NCBI RefSeq assembly: GCF_009914755.1
Contig: NC_060928.1
Reading direction: 5' to 3' (one strand)
DNA length: 64,000 nt
Source of the DNA: the human T2T-CHM13v2.0 reference genome, Homo sapiens
In this document: in pieces, positions 1 to 12,446 of the stretch
Numbering within the stretch: the first letter of the stretch is position 1
How the letters are laid out: the number at the start of each line of letters is the position of its first letter
The notes under the pieces: model-generated
What the model saw: the letters and a program-made list of their open reading frames with translations, nothing else
Database searches by the model: none
Told to the model about the DNA's origin: nothing
Translations under genes and position numbers: made by a program

Positions 1-214
1 ACTATACCTTTTGGTGCCTGAGAATTGTGTGCAGATGAGCTTGCTTAACGATCTCAAATAAGCTTCCCATTATAATATTTATGCTTTCCCAGGTAAGGCC
101 TCCCTTTCTATATTCAACTTTAAAGCCAAATTACTGGGTTTTTTTAGTATCTAAGATGGCTGAAGTAATAGGTGTTAGGGGAAACTGCCTTGCATTGCAG
201 AACCATTCATTGAG

Positions 215-420
215 CACTGCTGTCCAACAAAATTGTATGTGATAATGGAAATATTCATTCTGTGCTGTCCAGTATGATAGCCATTAGACATCAGTGACTA
301 TTGGGCACTGGAAATGTAGTTAGTACAACTGGGAAACTGACTTTAAATGTTAATTAATTTTAATGAATATAAAATAAATAGCCACATGTGGCTGGTGGCT
401 ACTATATCAGAGAGCAAAGC
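215..420. mobile_element. MER3 (hAT-Charlie non-autonomous DNA transposon relic)
   Basis: Matches the MER3 consensus as I recall it: GCTGTCCAA start, GATAATGGAAAT, TAGCCACATGTGGCTGGTGGCTAC near the end. Confidence 0.75.
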
Positions 421-1947
421 CTTAGAGTGTACCTATGAAAAATAGAGATATTATCAATGTTATCTTGGTGTAAAAAAATCACAACTATCTCTTATTTTCT
501 TATGGACACTGGATATCTTCCTGATTTATAAGATATTAGTTGACATCACTAACTGAATCTTTAAAATAATGTTTTTTTCTTATTTTATTGAATACTCAAA
601 AAAATGGAAAACTTAAAAAAATTCAAATTATGCCTTCAGTCTCAAATCTTATGAGTTTTGCTAAACAAAACAAAATGAAAGAAAAAGCAAGCAAACAGGA
701 AAGAAAATGTAAAAATATATCAAGGAGCAGGCAATAGATAGTGAGTTCGTATTATTTCCTTAGAGAAATATTATTTGTTTAGAAATCAAATAAATTTTGA
801 AGACATGTCTGAAAAGTGCATTGTAGACAATACACTATCATCGTCAAAACACATAAACATGTAGACACTTTGAGCCAATGTATCTACAGAAAAAAAAACA
901 TGTAGGCAATCTTTTTGGTCTCTAGAAGTCGGTTTAAAAGGTACATAAGTATAATAAAGAATTAATAATTTTAGCATATGATAGGAAGAAATCAGTAAGT
1001 GCTTAAAAATGAGTAAGTGCTGTAATAATTCCAAAGGGGGAAAAATCACTCTGGCACAGATGGCCTCAGAATACATAACTGAAATTTAGGTAGGGCCCAG
1101 ATAATTTGCAAGGTGAAAAAATAGTTTTTAGGAGGGAAAACATAGCTGAGGATGGGTAGTGAGAAGGTATATAGGTCTATACAAGGGCAAATGGTGGGAA
1201 GATTTGAGAAGGAAGATTGGAGACACATAATGGATTTATTGAGGATGTCCAAAGAGTTTGGATTTCATTATTAATAAAATAGGATAAATCTGACTGAGTT
1301 ATAGAGAAAATCCTTAAGAAACTCATAATATAGACACCAATCACGTCTGCATCTGTTAAATGAGCAACCACAGATGTATTGGCTAATTCAATCTATCATT
1401 TTCTGGAATGCACTTTGTCTATGCAATGAAGTTCATCCTTTCAAAAATGAAATATTTATTGAGTATAAAAATTAATAGTAAGGTACCTTTTTATAACTAA
1501 AAGATTATTTCCAAACAATATTCATATTTGGAAGGAAGGCTTAAATTCAGGCACTTCAGAAGTTGCTCAAAGTGGCTTTTTTTTTTTTTGGCAGAAATAG
1601 TGCGGTGACTGAGCTGTTCTTGAAAATATTAATAACTCCCGCGCTTAATGTGAGAGGAAAAGCAAACCAAAACCTTACTTGGCTTAGAAAGCAAATTCGC
1701 TAAAGCATGCAAGTTAGCATTGCTGCAAATCCACTCGCATCGGTCTACCTTTATCTACTGTGCTGCTTACATATATTTAACGAAATGGTAATTTATACAA
1801 AAGTATGCAGCACTTTAACAAGAAGAAAGAAAACAAAATTGTAAGTAAACTGTGGGAGGCAAAGAGATGAGGTCCTTGTTTAATGTTCATTCTTTAAGTC
1901 TGTGACTAAAAGCAAAAACGAAAACATTTTTCCATATTCTTCTTAGA

Positions 1948-2130
1948 TTTGTCCAATGTCTTTGTGTGACAATGGAAATATTTTATATCTGCACTTTTCG
2001 TATGTGCTATTAGTCATATGTGGTTACTGAGCACTTGAAATATGACTACGTGACTAACTGAAATTTTAATTTTATTGTTTGAATTAAATTTAATAAGGCA
2101 GGTTATTTAATCTTATCTATATGGACAGCT
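1948..2130. mobile_element. MER3 relic, second diverged copy
   Basis: GTCCAAT...AATGGAAATATTTTATATCTGCAC...TGAGCACTTGAAA...TGGACAGC; similar to the copy at 215-420. Confidence 0.65.
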
Positions 2131-2670
2131 AATTCATATCACATAGGACAAAAATATCAATAATTAGGAAACCTAAAGGGTCAAGTGTAAGTTTTGAACA
2201 TTACATTCCAAATATACACTAACATCTCCCTTTATAAATGTGTCCAGCCTATGCTAAAATAATTTGGGCATTAAACATGAGAATATTTCCTTTCCAAATT
2301 CCTATCATTTCTTCTCATTGTTACTATTTTTTTTAACCATGAATAAATTCCTTGTGAGAGACTACAGTGAGAAAACAAATTTAACAATAGATTTGATGTT
2401 GACTCACAGGGATTAAGAATGAAAAAATGTGTATTAGGTAAATGTTAGAAGAGGCAATATTAAATATCTGCAAATTTATCCATTGAATTCCAATTTAACA
2501 AGATGCTACCCCTGAAAATACTTTTTATATCAAATCAATATTTTAAACATATATAAAATTTCATAATTTTATTTATAAAAATAGCAATGTTTTAGAATTT
2601 CTTATCACAGTAAGGTAGAATTCTTGAAATAAAATGTTACTGTGATAGAGTTTTACCTGGAAACAAGAAA

Positions 2671-2905
2671 TATGATATATATATGTGTGTGTGTATATAT
2701 GTATATAATTATATATAATATATATAATATATAATTGTATACAGTTATATACATGTATAATTATATACATATACATGTATATAATTATATACATTTTATA
2801 TATGTAATATATATGTATATATATTATATATGTAATATATATGTATATATATTATATATGTAATATATATGATATAATATATATATTCATATATATTATA
2901 TATAT
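2671..2905. repeat. (TA)n-rich low-complexity tract with ~26-bp sub-repeats
   Basis: Visible TA/TG run containing repeated ATTATATATGTAATATATATGTATAT units. Confidence 0.95.
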
Positions 2906-3499
2906 GAAAATATACAGTATTTCTTAAATTTAAGACTGCAAATTATAAACTCAGGTGTAATTATGATGGATAGATACCTACATATTTTTTCCATAGGAAT
3001 AAAAGGACAGGTAATATATTCCTGGATGTGAAAAGAGTAAACAGATTATTCAATTTTAAAAATATTTTTGATGTAGATTAAAACCTTTTAACTAAATATT
3101 GTTAAGAACCCACAAAGGAAGGCAGAATTTGTGTATTCTGTTTCTCTATGCCATTGACCTGCTGCATGTTTTGTTGCCATAACCTTAATTTTCAGTCTCT
3201 CATGTATTCATGCACAACCTTTATCCTCAGAGTTTGGTTTAAATCCTGATTTTGATGGTTTCAATCTGTGCGACATTGGGTAAATTGTCTTACATTGCAT
3301 ACTCAGAAAAAACCTTTAAAAGGGGTTAGAATGGGTTAGGAGCAGAGGTGATTCTTATGGTAGAATCTGAGTAACTAAACCTGAGCTCAGACTGCTATTG
3401 CAAGCATGCCACAAAAGGGAGGTAACATATGGTCTGAATAAGGGAAGTAGAAATAATTTGTAAGTTGACAGACAAAAACATTAGCAGAATTAAATTCCT

Positions 3500-3629
3500 T
3501 TTTTTAAAATTATACTTTAAGTTTTAGGGTACATGTACACAATGTGCAGGTTAGTTACATATGTATACAAGTGCGATGTTGGTGTGCTGCACCCATTAAC
3601 TCGTCATTTAACATTAGGTATATCTCCTA
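3500..3629 (-). mobile_element. Very short 5'-truncated L1PA (3' end only)
   Basis: T-tail followed by TTATACTTTAAGTTTTAGGGTACATGT (reverse complement of the L1PA 3' UTR). Perfect 17-bp TSD AGCAGAATTAAATTCCT at 3483-3499 and 3630-3646. Confidence 0.92.
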
Positions 3630-4291
3630 AGCAGAATTAAATTCCTAAAATTAATGACTCAGAGAAAAGGACTAAAAGAAGACAATGAAAGATATATTAA
3701 AGAAGTGGTCAAGGAAAAATGCAAGGCAGCAAATGATGGTGATTCAGAAAGAGATTTGATAAAACATATGGAAAGGTAGATCAGTTAATTTGGAAGAATA
3801 TATTTATTGGTGTTTATTACATTTGAATTTCTAAGATACTTATTTGTGCAACACAGCTATGATAAATCATTGGAATTTGCAAGAAAAATAAGAGTTTGAA
3901 AATCTGAAAATGAGTAACAGAGAAAGTTTTATGCTAATGATTTAAATGAAAAGTTATCTTCTTAAATACAAATAGGGCAGAATTTTATAGCGTTTAATAT
4001 ATCTTTATGGGGGCATGTGAAGTGAATGGATAAATCTAAAGACATTTGGATTGGACTCTGGAAAGTGTCTCTTTAATGGAATCGTATATGCTAAATAATT
4101 TTGTAGTGATTAAAGATGTGGGTGTACTTTGAAGTAAGACGCTTAAATATTATTTCAGCACTTACGTATTATGAAACTTCAAGTAAAATTCTATGCATTT
4201 GTCTCTTTCTCTTTTTCTTAGGGTGGGGTTGTTGGATAAACTTGTACATTTCATTTGCACAATGGAGTTTGCTCTTTAAATACAGGAAATC

Positions 4292-4545
4292 ATTGTGTGG
4301 TCCAATGGTTTAGAGCATTATATACTTTCAGTTGAGATTATTTCAGTTTGAATATCACTTCAATAGTTACTAGCCATGTGAGTTTAAGTAAATATATCAC
4401 AGTCTCAGTTGCATCATCTGTAAAATGGTCATAAATTATCATAATATTTAGAGTTAAAGGATTATGAGGATTACATGAATTGATCCACATCTATTAGCAC
4501 AGTGCCTGACATAACTGCACACTCAAAAGCTGTTCTCTATCATTA
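4292..4545 (+). mobile_element. MIR SINE
   Basis: TGGTTTAGAGCA, the core CTCAGTTGCATCATCTGTAAAATGG, and AGCACAGTGCCTGACATA. Confidence 0.75.
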
Positions 4546-5011
4546 TTACGTAATATATAGCTAGTTACCCAATAGTTTATCTTTGTATTATTAGTTAGCT
4601 ATGTCATTGCATAAGAAACCTTGACTTATTAATGAACTGCTTCCTACAATTTAATTTTAGTTAGTTATCTAAAACATATAATGCATTAATGCTAGTTTTA
4701 TATAATAGTTCATAAATATTCTTATACCATAAAGGAGTTGAAAAATAGCTACAACTTAAAACAACAGACAATATTTAGTTAAAAAAAAAGGAAACCAGCA
4801 AATAAAGGAGATCAGCAAGCATAAAATAGAGTACAAAAATGACACTCAGTGATTTCTCTTGGCTGGAATCTACACATTGACTCATAGAAACCGTCAAGAG
4901 CATTCTAATTTTAATAACATTATAATGTGTGTGTGTGTTTTTGTGTGTGTATGTGTATGAAGACAAAACTATTTTGCAATGATATTTAGCAAAGAAACAG
5001 TGTTTATTTTA

Positions 5012-5250
5012 ATTTTTTTTAGATTCATGGGGTACATGTACTGGTTTTTTTTTTTACCCAAGTATATTGCATAATGCTGGGGTTTGGGTATCTAGTGAAA
5101 CCATCACCCAAATATTGAACATAGTATACAATAAGATAGTTTTTCAATTCTTTTCCCCTCCCTCCCTTCCCCTTTTGGAGTCCACAGTGTCCATTGTTTC
5201 CATCTTCATGTCCACGTGTACCCATTTAGGTCTCACTTATATGTGAAAAC
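5012..5250 (-). mobile_element. Old L1PA/L1PB 3' end fragment
   Basis: T-tail, then AGATTCATGGGGTACATGT...CCATCACCCAAATA...CTCACTTATATGTGAAAACA. Confidence 0.8.
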
Positions 5251-6998
5251 AGGAAAGGCATTACATAACATTTAAATTATGAATTACCAAATAGGGTCCA
5301 TGAAATTTTGTGTTTGGTTCTTTAAGTTGAAATTTTGTCAGTTTTGAGAAAAAATATCTCAATTGCCTCTGTGTCAAAAAGTGCAGGCTGTTTGTAAGTG
5401 AAGAAAAAGAAATAAAAAGAGAATTTGTAGATTCATCCTCTATTTGGTTTTTATTTTTTGCATGTAAATATTGAGCCAGTCAGAATTCTCCTCTCAGCAT
5501 GCAGTTCTGTGACTTTATTTTATTTCATTGCTTTAACCACTCTTGTACTTGACCACATTTACTCACCTACCAAGGGAAATTTTCTGCTTCTTCTCCCATT
5601 ATTAAAGAAATCCTAGATTGAGTGAGGAAAGGAACAGAAAATATTTTGAGAAGACCGACAATTGTCATGATTTGAGTAAACATATGTATCCTGCTACTCG
5701 GTTTCTTAAAGTACAATTTTGAATATAATAATTATTCAGTGTTCTTGAAAACTAACAAACACATTTTTCTAAAGAAGTACGTATCTAGTTTTTAGAAGCA
5801 GACACCTGTTTCTTTGGTGAAGAAAACATATTTTCAAGATTGTTTATAAGGAAGCACATACACATAAATACTAAAAAATTTAAATATAATTTTCAATTTC
5901 TTGCATAAGTTATACCAACATTAAATTTTACAGAAATGCAGAATGAGATTAGTTACATATATCAATCTGAAAATAAACAAAAAAATTTTAAAGAAATATA
6001 CTCTTATTTTAAATATATTCTATTAGTGTTATATTTCCAGCATAAAACACATATATAATCCATTAAACAGCAGAAAGAATAAGATCATTTTGAAATTTAA
6101 ATTTAAAGAAGTATTTTGATCTTAATCTATTTCATGAAATTAAAGCCTGGACTATAAACACTTTTGTATTGTTTGATTTCTGATTACAGATGGAATAAAT
6201 GGAATCTGCCACCTTCACCTCATAGCAAAAAAATAAGAACAAGAAAAAATATTTACAAATATGTATAAAATATAGTCTGTGTGTATCAATGAACCAGAAC
6301 ATACGAGGAAGGCTGAGAAATGCCTTGATAGTTACACAGGGTTCTGGGGATAGCATTCAGCTGGCCCCAGGATACTGATCACAGATAAAACTACCAGAGC
6401 ACAGTTATATAATATATGTTACATATCTTGTAACGGAAAGACAACAATCCTTTATTTGTAACATCAGTAATCTGAGCAAGATAGCTTTGGGAGCATTCTA
6501 TAACCAGTTTGGCAACAGCAAGCTGTAGAGCGGGCCAATGATAAATCACATTGAATCATCATTTGTGTGGCCAATGCAAGGAGTCTGCAGTATGAGCAGC
6601 ATGCAGCTGCCAATTTGTGATGAACGAGGAAAGGTAAAGGTTAAAAGAACACATTCGCACACAAAACCTTGTGTTTTACAGGCAACTTCAAAATAAATTA
6701 GGAAGATGGGCTGCTAATGGGCAATATGACTCTAACCTGAGACCTCTATCAAAAAAACCCCAAAAAACAAAAACCTGCAAAAAAAAAAAAAGGTACTCAA
6801 GTGAAGAAACATAAGTATATTACTTCTAGATATGTTTTGAATTAAAAAAAAAACAGAGTACTCTTTGGGGAATTTGCGGAGAATTCTCCAGTCATCTGAG
6901 GGATAAAAAATTATGTTAGTCTTAAACTTCTCCCAATGACATTAAATTCTAGAACTCAGAGGATTAATTCTTGCAAAGTTTAAAAAATTTGATTTCTC

Positions 6999-7494
6999 AT
7001 TCTACTGTAAAGACACATGCACATGTATGTTTATTGCGGCACTATTCACAATAGCAAAGACTCAGAACCAACCCAAATGCCCATCAATGATAGACTAGAT
7101 AAAGAAAATGTGGCACATATACACCATGGAATACTATGCACCTGTAAAAAAGAATGAGTTCATTTCCTGTGCAGGGACATGGATGAAGCTGGAAGCCTCA
7201 TTCTCAGCAAACTAACACAGGAACAGGAAACCAAACACCGCATGTTCTCACTCATTAGTGGGAGTTAAACAATGAGAACGCATGGACACAGGCAGGGGAA
7301 CATCACATACTGGGGCTTGTCGGGGGTTGAGGGGAAAAGGGAGGGAGAGCATTAGACAAAATACCTAATGCACACAGGGCTCAAAGCCTAGATGATTGGT
7401 TGACAGGCGCAGCAAACCACCATGGCATATGTATACCTATGTAACAAATTTGCCCATTCTGCACATGAATCCCAGAACTTAAAGTTAAAAAAAA
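6999..7494 (+). mobile_element. 5'-truncated L1PA (L1PA7/8-like) 3' end
   Basis: AAAGACACATGCACATGTATGTTTATTGCGGCACTATTCACAATAGCAAAGAC through CCCAGAACTTAAAG and an A-tail. Imperfect TSD AAAAAATT(T/A)(G/A)ATTTCT. Confidence 0.9.
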
Positions 7495-8329
7495 TTAATT
7501 TCTTTTGTACCCCACCAAATATTCATTCGAGTACTAAAGCAACAGATAAGAGTTTTTGAACATTAAAAATTCAAGGAATTATTTGCTATGAGATGAAACA
7601 AAAGTCCTCCAAAATAAACTTTAGCCACAAACTTTAGCCATAAACTTTTCTATATATAGAAAAACTATACCACATAACCGAATAAATGGCACAAAAGTTG
7701 AATCCATTTAACTGTAGAGTAAGGATTACAACAATTATGTAATTATAAAATACTCATAAATACACAGATACTTCAGTGAAAAAATTATACCACTAGCAAG
7801 AGTTTGGAAAGAAAGGGACGAGGAAAGTTGGAGGCAGCTCCTTCCTTTACAATCAAAATAAATAACTGCATAGATAAAATATAAGGGTTGATTGAGTTTG
7901 CTTATAGATGTAAGGTCGACACTAACAAAACTATATGCTCAACTAAAACAAGTGTATGATGAGGTAGACCAGAATAGGATAGTTGGAAATAAATGAACAC
8001 TAATTAGAGATTTTTAATTGCTCATTGTAGAGATTTTTAAAATTACTTTTTAAGAAATAGAAGTCATAATATATACATGATTTGTGCCTATCTATTTCTG
8101 TGTCATGGGTGTGGAGGAAAAAAAACACACAAAACAAAGCAAAGCAAGCACAGCCCATTAGGTAAAAGATAATACAATATTTTTATATTATTCAAAATTT
8201 AAAATATAGATTTAAGATCAAATTTCGAATATTAAATGAATAAAATCCTTAATCAGAAGACAATGAATCACAAGTTAAAACACAATTATAACTCTTTAAA
8301 ATATACAAAATAATGATCAAATGACCAAA

Positions 8330-10590
8330 AATTATACTTAAAGTCATTAGGTTTCGAATAAAACACATAAACAATGAAATTTTACCACAAATCCATCAGA
8401 TTGGCAGAAATTCAAAAGAATTTTAGAATAATGTTAGTAATATAATATTAATATGTCTGTTAGGGTACAAAGAAAATAAAACACTCACATATTCCTAGTA
8501 AGAATATAAGGTGTTTTAGCCTTTTTGGAAAAATTCTGGCAATATCTTATAAAATAAAGATTTGATTTAGCTACCATATTAATGAGAATCCTTATCAAAA
8601 TTAAAAACACATATTCATAAATATATACGCACGACGGTATTCATTGTGGCATTAATCACAATGGCATACATAAAATAAGGGGAAACAAAGTGAATGGTCG
8701 TTGAAAGGGATATAGTTGAATAAAAGATGGCTTAGCTCCACAATGGAATATAATTAACAGTATTTTAAAAATTAATTCATAGATATGTCCATTGACTCAA
8801 GGTCATGAGATATTTTGTGGGAAAATTAAAAGATAAAAAATGTGAGTATAGGATAATTCCATTTGTAAAACAATGGTCAAAAATGAAACACCTACACACA
8901 CATACACATATGTTTTTTCATATACATATGAAACACAGAGAGGTGTGGTGGGGGAATTAACATGTTTGAGTAATATGGAAGAAAATCCATTATACGTATA
9001 GGTTGTTCACACAGGTGACTTAAGAGTAGAGAAGGTGTTGTAGATGAAATTTATTGTGAGGAAAAGATAGATGACAGGAAATTCAATTAAAAAGAAAAAA
9101 GATAAAGACTCCTCTTTCAAAGACATTTTGCATGATACATCATTTATGAATTCATGTAAAGTTATATATGGATAGTTATATATATAAAGTTACGTATATT
9201 TATGAATTCATGTAAAAGACATATGTATCTGTATTTAACATTAAAATCACAATAATATCCAGGTATCAAAGTCATACCAAGCAGATACAAACGAAAAAGA
9301 AGGCAGGACTTCTAGTTCAATATACTTCAGTAGGAGACCATGATGGTACTGAACTGGACTTTATGCAGGTAAAATCCAAATCAATATTCACAAATGTAAA
9401 TAAATGCATCCTAAGTTGAGGGACTGTTGAATTTAGAGCAAAAACATTTGGGACTTTACAAATAGATCTAAATATATCAGAAATTGCCAACTTCACATGC
9501 AATTAAAACAAATGACAAAAATATGGAGAGAAATAGCACTTTAGTTCAGGTTAGCAAAAACTAAAAAGTTTTATAATTTACTATTTTGGCAAGGATATAG
9601 AACACACTATAAAAGCTTAAATTGCTACAACTTATACAGAGGGCAAGTAAATAATATTTTTCAAAATTAAAAATGCCCCTGCCATTCAATTCAGCAATTA
9701 CATTTCTAGGACTTTATACTTCAGGAATTGTTTCACACCTGTGAAATAATGTATATATAAGAATATTCAGTGTTGTGTTTATCTACAATAGCAAAAGCTT
9801 AAAAACAATCTCAATATCCACTGACAGGGGACTTTTTCAACAAATTGTGTTTATATCTATACAGTAGAATTCCCTGAGTTGTTAGAACAAATCAGATGAC
9901 TCATATATATTGATGTGAAACTATCCATAAGATATATTAAGGGGAAAAGATACAGCATAGTGTATATAATATACTATCATTTGGATAGAAAGTAAACAAA
10001 CGGAAATACAACTATGCCTATAATAACTAGTTGCTCAGAATATGAAACGTTTGTGGCTGGAGAACAGGAATAGGAAAGAAACATATTTTTCATGGTATGT
10101 AAATTTATAACTGTTGAATTTTATATCACATATATACAATGTATAAATTATATAATCTGTATTTATATTGAATTACTTAGAACCCAAATAAAATACTTGT
10201 ATAAAGACAAAATTTTAATGTTAAAATTAAAATGTATCTCTGTGTGTATTCCAATATTTGGATATATCTGAGCACTTGTCCTTTTAAGAAAGGATTGCTT
10301 TTAAAGTGGAATTTTATTTGGTGTTAGAAAATTGAGGTAAAACTCTATTACCGATATGGGGAAAAAATTAAGATGCAGAAGGGAAGGCAGGGTTTTGTGC
10401 TGTGTGAAAATGTAGACATATACATGGGTAGATATGTATAAAAGCTTCAAGAAGGGTACTCAAGAAAGTATTAACAATGGCAATCTCTGGGGAGTGGAAC
10501 TCTTAGCTACTTAGGATTGAGGGGATTGGAGAGATCATTTACTGGTTACTTTATATGCTTCTCTGTTTGGAGTTTTAAAAAATGGGCCTT
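8330..10590 (+). mobile_element. Fragmented ancient L1M (L1ME/MC-type) ORF2 end and 3' UTR pieces
   Basis: Degenerate L1 motifs: CATCAGATTGGCAGAAATT, CAGCAATTACATTTCTAGG, ACAATAGCAAAA, AACAATCTCAATATCCA. Boundaries approximate. Confidence 0.6.
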
Positions 10591-10726
10591 ATTTTATGAA
10601 AGAGAAAGAGAGAAAGAGAGGAAGGGAGGAAGGGAAAGGGGCAATAAATGATCCTGCTCCAAAACAATGAGAAAGCACTCTTCTCCAAGCGACTAGAGTT
10701 CTGAAAGAGATTAATTTTGTACTCAC

Positions 10727-11895
10727 TTATTGATTAAGCTCTCTCAGTAGTCTTTGTTAAAGAAAAAAATCATTTTATTTTAATAAAAATGTGCCATAGA
10801 GATAACACCTTTGGAAAGTGAAGTGAAAGTGAAAGACCTAATGAGATAATAATTTGCAGATACGTACCTTCACTACAGGACATCTCCTTGGAATTCAAGA
10901 AGAGTCACTGAGTGTGAATTTTATTTAAGTTATTGAATAGAACACACTCCTCCAGTCTCTCAGGCACAAAACCTAATGCCTAATTTAAAAGATAAGTTTC
11001 TGTAAAATGCTGATTAGGTCATTAACAAGATAAACCATTAAATTGCTACTAAGGTTTTTCTGTTTGCTTACTTTCCCTTTTACTAATTTGAAACATCCAA
11101 CAATATTGTCTTACACAAAGGTTGATAATTTGAACTTCAGCTTTTTATTCAAGTAGTAAAATAAAAATCTATCCTACAAACTAAACAAAGGAAAAATTAG
11201 AAAATATATCTCTGCTCACAACAGATGGTCTATTTAGTATATAAATTCAGTTTAATGACCAGCATGCATCATTTAAAGTACATGTTAAGGATTTTTTTTT
11301 AACCTTCCTTTATAGGTGTGACATTTGGCAACTACAAACGAATAAAAAATATAAGTCTTCAACAACAGTGTATAATTTAGTAAAGCAATTACTAATATAT
11401 TCAAAATAAACCATGTCAATTACCTGCATTTTGGGTTTATCATTTACTTCTGTCAGGCATTTAGTGAACTCTTCTAGAAATGCAAATATAGTATGTTTTC
11501 TCACTTATGTTACTAAAAAAGTATTTCCCAACAGTAGACAAAAAGTATTAAGATTAGAAGCATTATATAAGAAGATAATAGAATGAAAATCTAAACAAAA
11601 ATGGAAAACACCTTGAATTTTTGATTGCGTAAAATCCATTTGTCAGAAGAGCCCTCAGAGTTTCAACTTTGCATTAGTTTTCCAGTCAGGTCTCCTTGTT
11701 CGCTTCAGTCTCATCTTTCTTCTTCCATTAGCTTTGATAAACAAGCATTGTAAACCTTTAAAATTCAATCTTGCCATTCAACATTTACTCTGATTCTAAT
11801 GTAATTCTTTGAAGATACTCATCAATTTGCTTTTTTTCCCCTTCTTATTCCACCATGGCTCTAATAGATGTTTCAATTAAAATAAATCCTGGGGT
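10727..11895 (-). pseudogene. Candidate decayed multi-exon gene segment (exon-like blocks 11895-11612, 11473-11424, 10999-10868, 10751-10727)
   Basis: Each block is flanked by AG/GT on the minus strand. The purine-rich blocks translate to protein-like sequence interrupted by stops and frameshifts. No repeat family recognised. Confidence 0.4.
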
Positions 11896-12446
11896 CTGAG
11901 CAGATAGCTCAATTAGAGGTTAACTAACAAAACCGAACAATTTTAACCCCAGAGGAAAGATTGTAGAATGACCTAAAAGCCAGAAATATTTATATTTTGC
12001 AGAATGCAGGATAGAATTTATCTTGTTAGAAAGCATAAACTAAATTTGAATACCATAAAATAATATGTGGGATATGAGACTATACAGTTTTGTAGGTATA
12101 ACTTGCACTTTTTGCCATTTATAGTCCAGATGGAAATTTGAGAATTTATAGCAAGAAAATGAAAATATTTATTGTAGTGACATTTCACTTTGAGTAAATC
12201 TAATCTTTCTTCTACTATTCTTTCTTCAAATTTGTGAAAGCTTTAAATAATTTCTCCCTGGGGTTCTTCCTTTATAAATCTACATGTTCCCATTTCTTTG
12301 ACTATGCAGTTGTCATGGTTTCTAGACTTTTTAGCACACATCTTTAGAAACTCACGTTATCATTGCCTCTTGTTAAATTATGGAACATGGAATTCAACAA
12401 TCATTTGTGGTATGATTAGTTTCATCAAAGCAGTCTATTCCTTTGA

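Noticed and set aside
786-1371. Overlapping minus-strand ORFs of 64-96 aa
   Set aside because: Low-complexity F/L/I-rich translations of AT-rich, probably L2-derived DNA, with no recognisable domain or supporting splice structure.
7617-7648. 13-bp tandem repeat AAACTTTAGCCA(C/T)
   Set aside because: Ordinary slippage duplication of about 2.5 units.
10868-10999. Alternative frame VPERLEECVLFNNLNKIHTQ*LFL resembling a RhoGEF DH-domain helix
   Set aside because: The resemblance is only a few residues and the phase does not fit the neighbouring blocks. It cannot be supported without an HMM search.
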